Source: a virus. From it: a stretch of 64,000 nucleotides of DNA. How positions within the stretch are numbered: the first letter of the stretch is position 1; each line of letters begins with the position of its first letter. A program made the translations under genes and the position numbers. Location of the stretch: the IMG/VR virus record IMGVR_UViG_3300030098_005409. One strand, written 5' to 3'. Below, in pieces: positions 62,571 to 64,000 of this stretch. A model generated the notes under the pieces. That model made no database searches. It was not told the origin of the DNA and was given only the letters and a program-made list of their open reading frames with translations.

Positions 62571-63485
62571 TTACCACTTCTTACAGGACCAGTAGCGTGC
62601 CTTTGTTTTGGGTCCTGGGTTATCACAGTTGTGTCGAGCCCGGAAAGACTTGCGTCTCTTTGGATTAGACTTCTTGATTCTCATCTTCTTATCACCGAAA
62701 TTAACCTTCTTTACATTTCCGGTTTTCGGATCTTTGACATAAACTTTGAATTTTTTAACATCTCCACGCGTGGGTTTGTTGAGAGTAACCTTGCGACCCT
62801 GGTATTCTGCCTCGTAGACAAGATCAGGGCAGCCACAGGTAGCTGTATCTAGTTGTTCTACCAAGCAAGCAACACACGCTGGGGTACCGTCATCAAGGAA
62901 AGCTTCTGTTAAGTAAGGAAGAATATCGTTCTCCAAAAGATGACGATTAACCTCTTCTGCGATAATGCCATACAATTCGTCTCTGTTCATATCAAGATTC
63001 TCCTTCTTGGCGCCTTTCTTGCCCCAAGACTTGCCTTTTCCTTTTTCCTTACAAGCCCCCGGAGTTGGGCGGCAAGCAGGGTACTTAGAGCGCTTCTCGC
63101 CCTTCTCGCGGCCACAAGACTTATAGCCACCCTTGCCGTCTGGGGCATTACAATCAACCCAGCCACTCTTCTTTCCCTTGGCGCCTTTGCGTCCAAACCA
63201 ATCTCGGAGGCTACTTTCTTTACTAGATTCAGTTCCGGCTTTTTTCTTTTTGGCTTCTTCAAGAAGGTCTTCATACTCTGTGTTCTCTGCAAGATCGGCA
63301 TCTTCGATCTCCTCTTTGACACCCTTCCAGATTTTACCGGCTCGACAGCGCACAACGGCGCCGGAAGCATATGCTGAGGGCCATACATCATATTTACGTT
63401 TAGCGATTCTTGTGCAACGATCATCTTTTTCTTCGATGATGTCTTCTTCTAGATAAGAACTCCAGCTTTCAAATAAGTACTTCAT
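62571..63485 (-). CDS. tagged multimodular basic Cys-containing protein
   Basis: MKYLFESWSSYLEE; modules DRC..IAKRKYDVWPSAYASG, GWVDC...CGR...YPACRP, KKFKVYVK...NFG...RRKSFRARHNC. Confidence 0.75.
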   Translation of the reverse strand: MKYLFESWSSYLEEDIIEEKDDRCTRIAKRKYDVWPSAYASGAVVRCRAGKIWKGVKEEIEDADLAENTEYEDLLEEAKKKKAGTESSKESSLRDWFGRKGAKGKKSGWVDCNAPDGKGGYKSCGREKGEKRSKYPACRPTPGACKEKGKGKSWGKKGAKKENLDMNRDELYGIIAEEVNRHLLENDILPYLTEAFLDDGTPACVACLVEQLDTATCGCPDLVYEAEYQGRKVTLNKPTRGDVKKFKVYVKDPKTGNVKKVNFGDKKMRIKKSNPKRRKSFRARHNCDNPGPKTKARYWSCKKW

Positions 63486-63486
63486 T

Positions 63487-63771
63487 CTATTCTTTACCCT
63501 TCCCTTGCATCCTAAGTAGTCTATCTTCGGCGTATTTTGCCCTCATATCGCCCAAGCCACGGTCAATTTTTTCAAGAGCTTGGGCTAACATCTTTTCTTG
63601 GGTGGTTAATTTAGAGACAATCATCTCTTGATGATACTGCCGTGCTTCTTTAGCAGCCTTGTCTTCTTCCTTCTTGTCCTTGCGCTGTTGCCAGTTCATA
63701 AACAGCAAAGAAGCAGTCCATAATCCGAGGACTCCATACTGCGCTAACCCTTTTATTATCTCAAGTTCCAC
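63487..63771 (-). CDS. holin-like protein (BhlA/UviB-type topology)
   Basis: single N-terminal TM (LAQYGVLGLWTASLLF) followed by charged coiled coil; GTG start. Confidence 0.55.
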   Translation of the reverse strand: MELEIIKGLAQYGVLGLWTASLLFMNWQQRKDKKEEDKAAKEARQYHQEMIVSKLTTQEKMLAQALEKIDRGLGDMRAKYAEDRLLRMQGKGKE

Positions 63772-63775
63772 TCAA

Positions 63776-63783
63776 TAATTAGT
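63776..63783 (-). promoter_or_regulatory. putative late-promoter motif ACTAATTA
   Basis: intergenic, 4 nt upstream of GTG 63771, no SD. Confidence 0.45.
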
Positions 63784-63790
63784 GACCTTC

Positions 63791-64000
63791 TTAGAGGAGA
63801 TGTTTTTTGTCTTTAATATTTTTATACTTTTCTGCTTCTGGATGAGGGTCTATAGAATACTCAATTTCCGGGGCAGTCCGGGAAAGCCTCTCGTTAATCT
63901 GTATAAATTCTACTTGGTCAGCCGGAATTTCAAAGTCCCCATATATTGCATCCACAGGACACATTGGTTCACAGGCATCACAATTTATGCAAATCTCAGG
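63791..64000 (-). CDS. fdxA: 7Fe-type ferredoxin (FdxA / Azotobacter FdI-like), 5'-truncated
   Basis: manual translation PEICINCDACEPMCPVDAIYGDFEIPADQVEFIQINERLSRTAPEIEYSIDPHPEAEKYKNIKDKKHLL: CxxCxxCxxxCP plus FdI-like C-terminal extension. Confidence 0.9.
   Translation of the reverse strand, partial: PEICINCDACEPMCPVDAIYGDFEIPADQVEFIQINERLSRTAPEIEYSIDPHPEAEKYKNIKDKKHLL

Noticed and set aside
62987-63424. 145-aa alternative-frame minus-strand ORF
   Set aside because: Nested in the 304-aa gene, whose frame carries the conserved modules.
63890-63915. Apparent frameshift in the ferredoxin tail
   Set aside because: Re-reading the bases gives GAA TTT ATA CAG, which is in frame; the ORF is intact to TAA at 63791.

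Overview
This window is a segment of a large (probably jumbo) contractile-tailed bacteriophage genome. Essentially all genes are on the minus strand, tightly packed, often with ATGA/TAATG overlaps, in the standard genetic code. No cellular housekeeping genes are present. From low to high coordinate: (1) 1-23.3 kb is a baseplate/tail module with very large unknown structural proteins, a 2827-aa LamG-containing protein, T4 gp6-like and gp25-like wedge proteins, an HxH-tipped spike and an M15B peptidoglycan peptidase. (2) 23.3-25.2 kb holds a gp55-like sigma factor and small genes. (3) 25.2-46.0 kb is a 22-gene glycan biosynthesis/modification cluster: gmd, fcl, epimerase, two short DegT aminotransferases, methyltransferases, a StrG-like oxygenase, a B12 radical SAM enzyme, a GT10 fucosyltransferase, a sulfotransferase, a GT47-like protein, an MBL-Rieske CMAH/Rv3818-like protein, and GT2/GT4 enzymes. 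(4) 46-53 kb has a Cas4-like nuclease, PIN-PhoH, a cytidylyltransferase, a Cys-less QueF, tRNA-Pro/Ala/Thr and a tmRNA. (5) 53.3-63.5 kb is a block of probable head-internal proteins; five share an N-terminal MKLxLENWxx(F/Y)LxE tag fused to unrelated payloads. (6) The window ends with a holin-like gene and a partial 7Fe ferredoxin missing from the ORF track. All family assignments come from motif recognition by eye and recalled knowledge; no database search was run.
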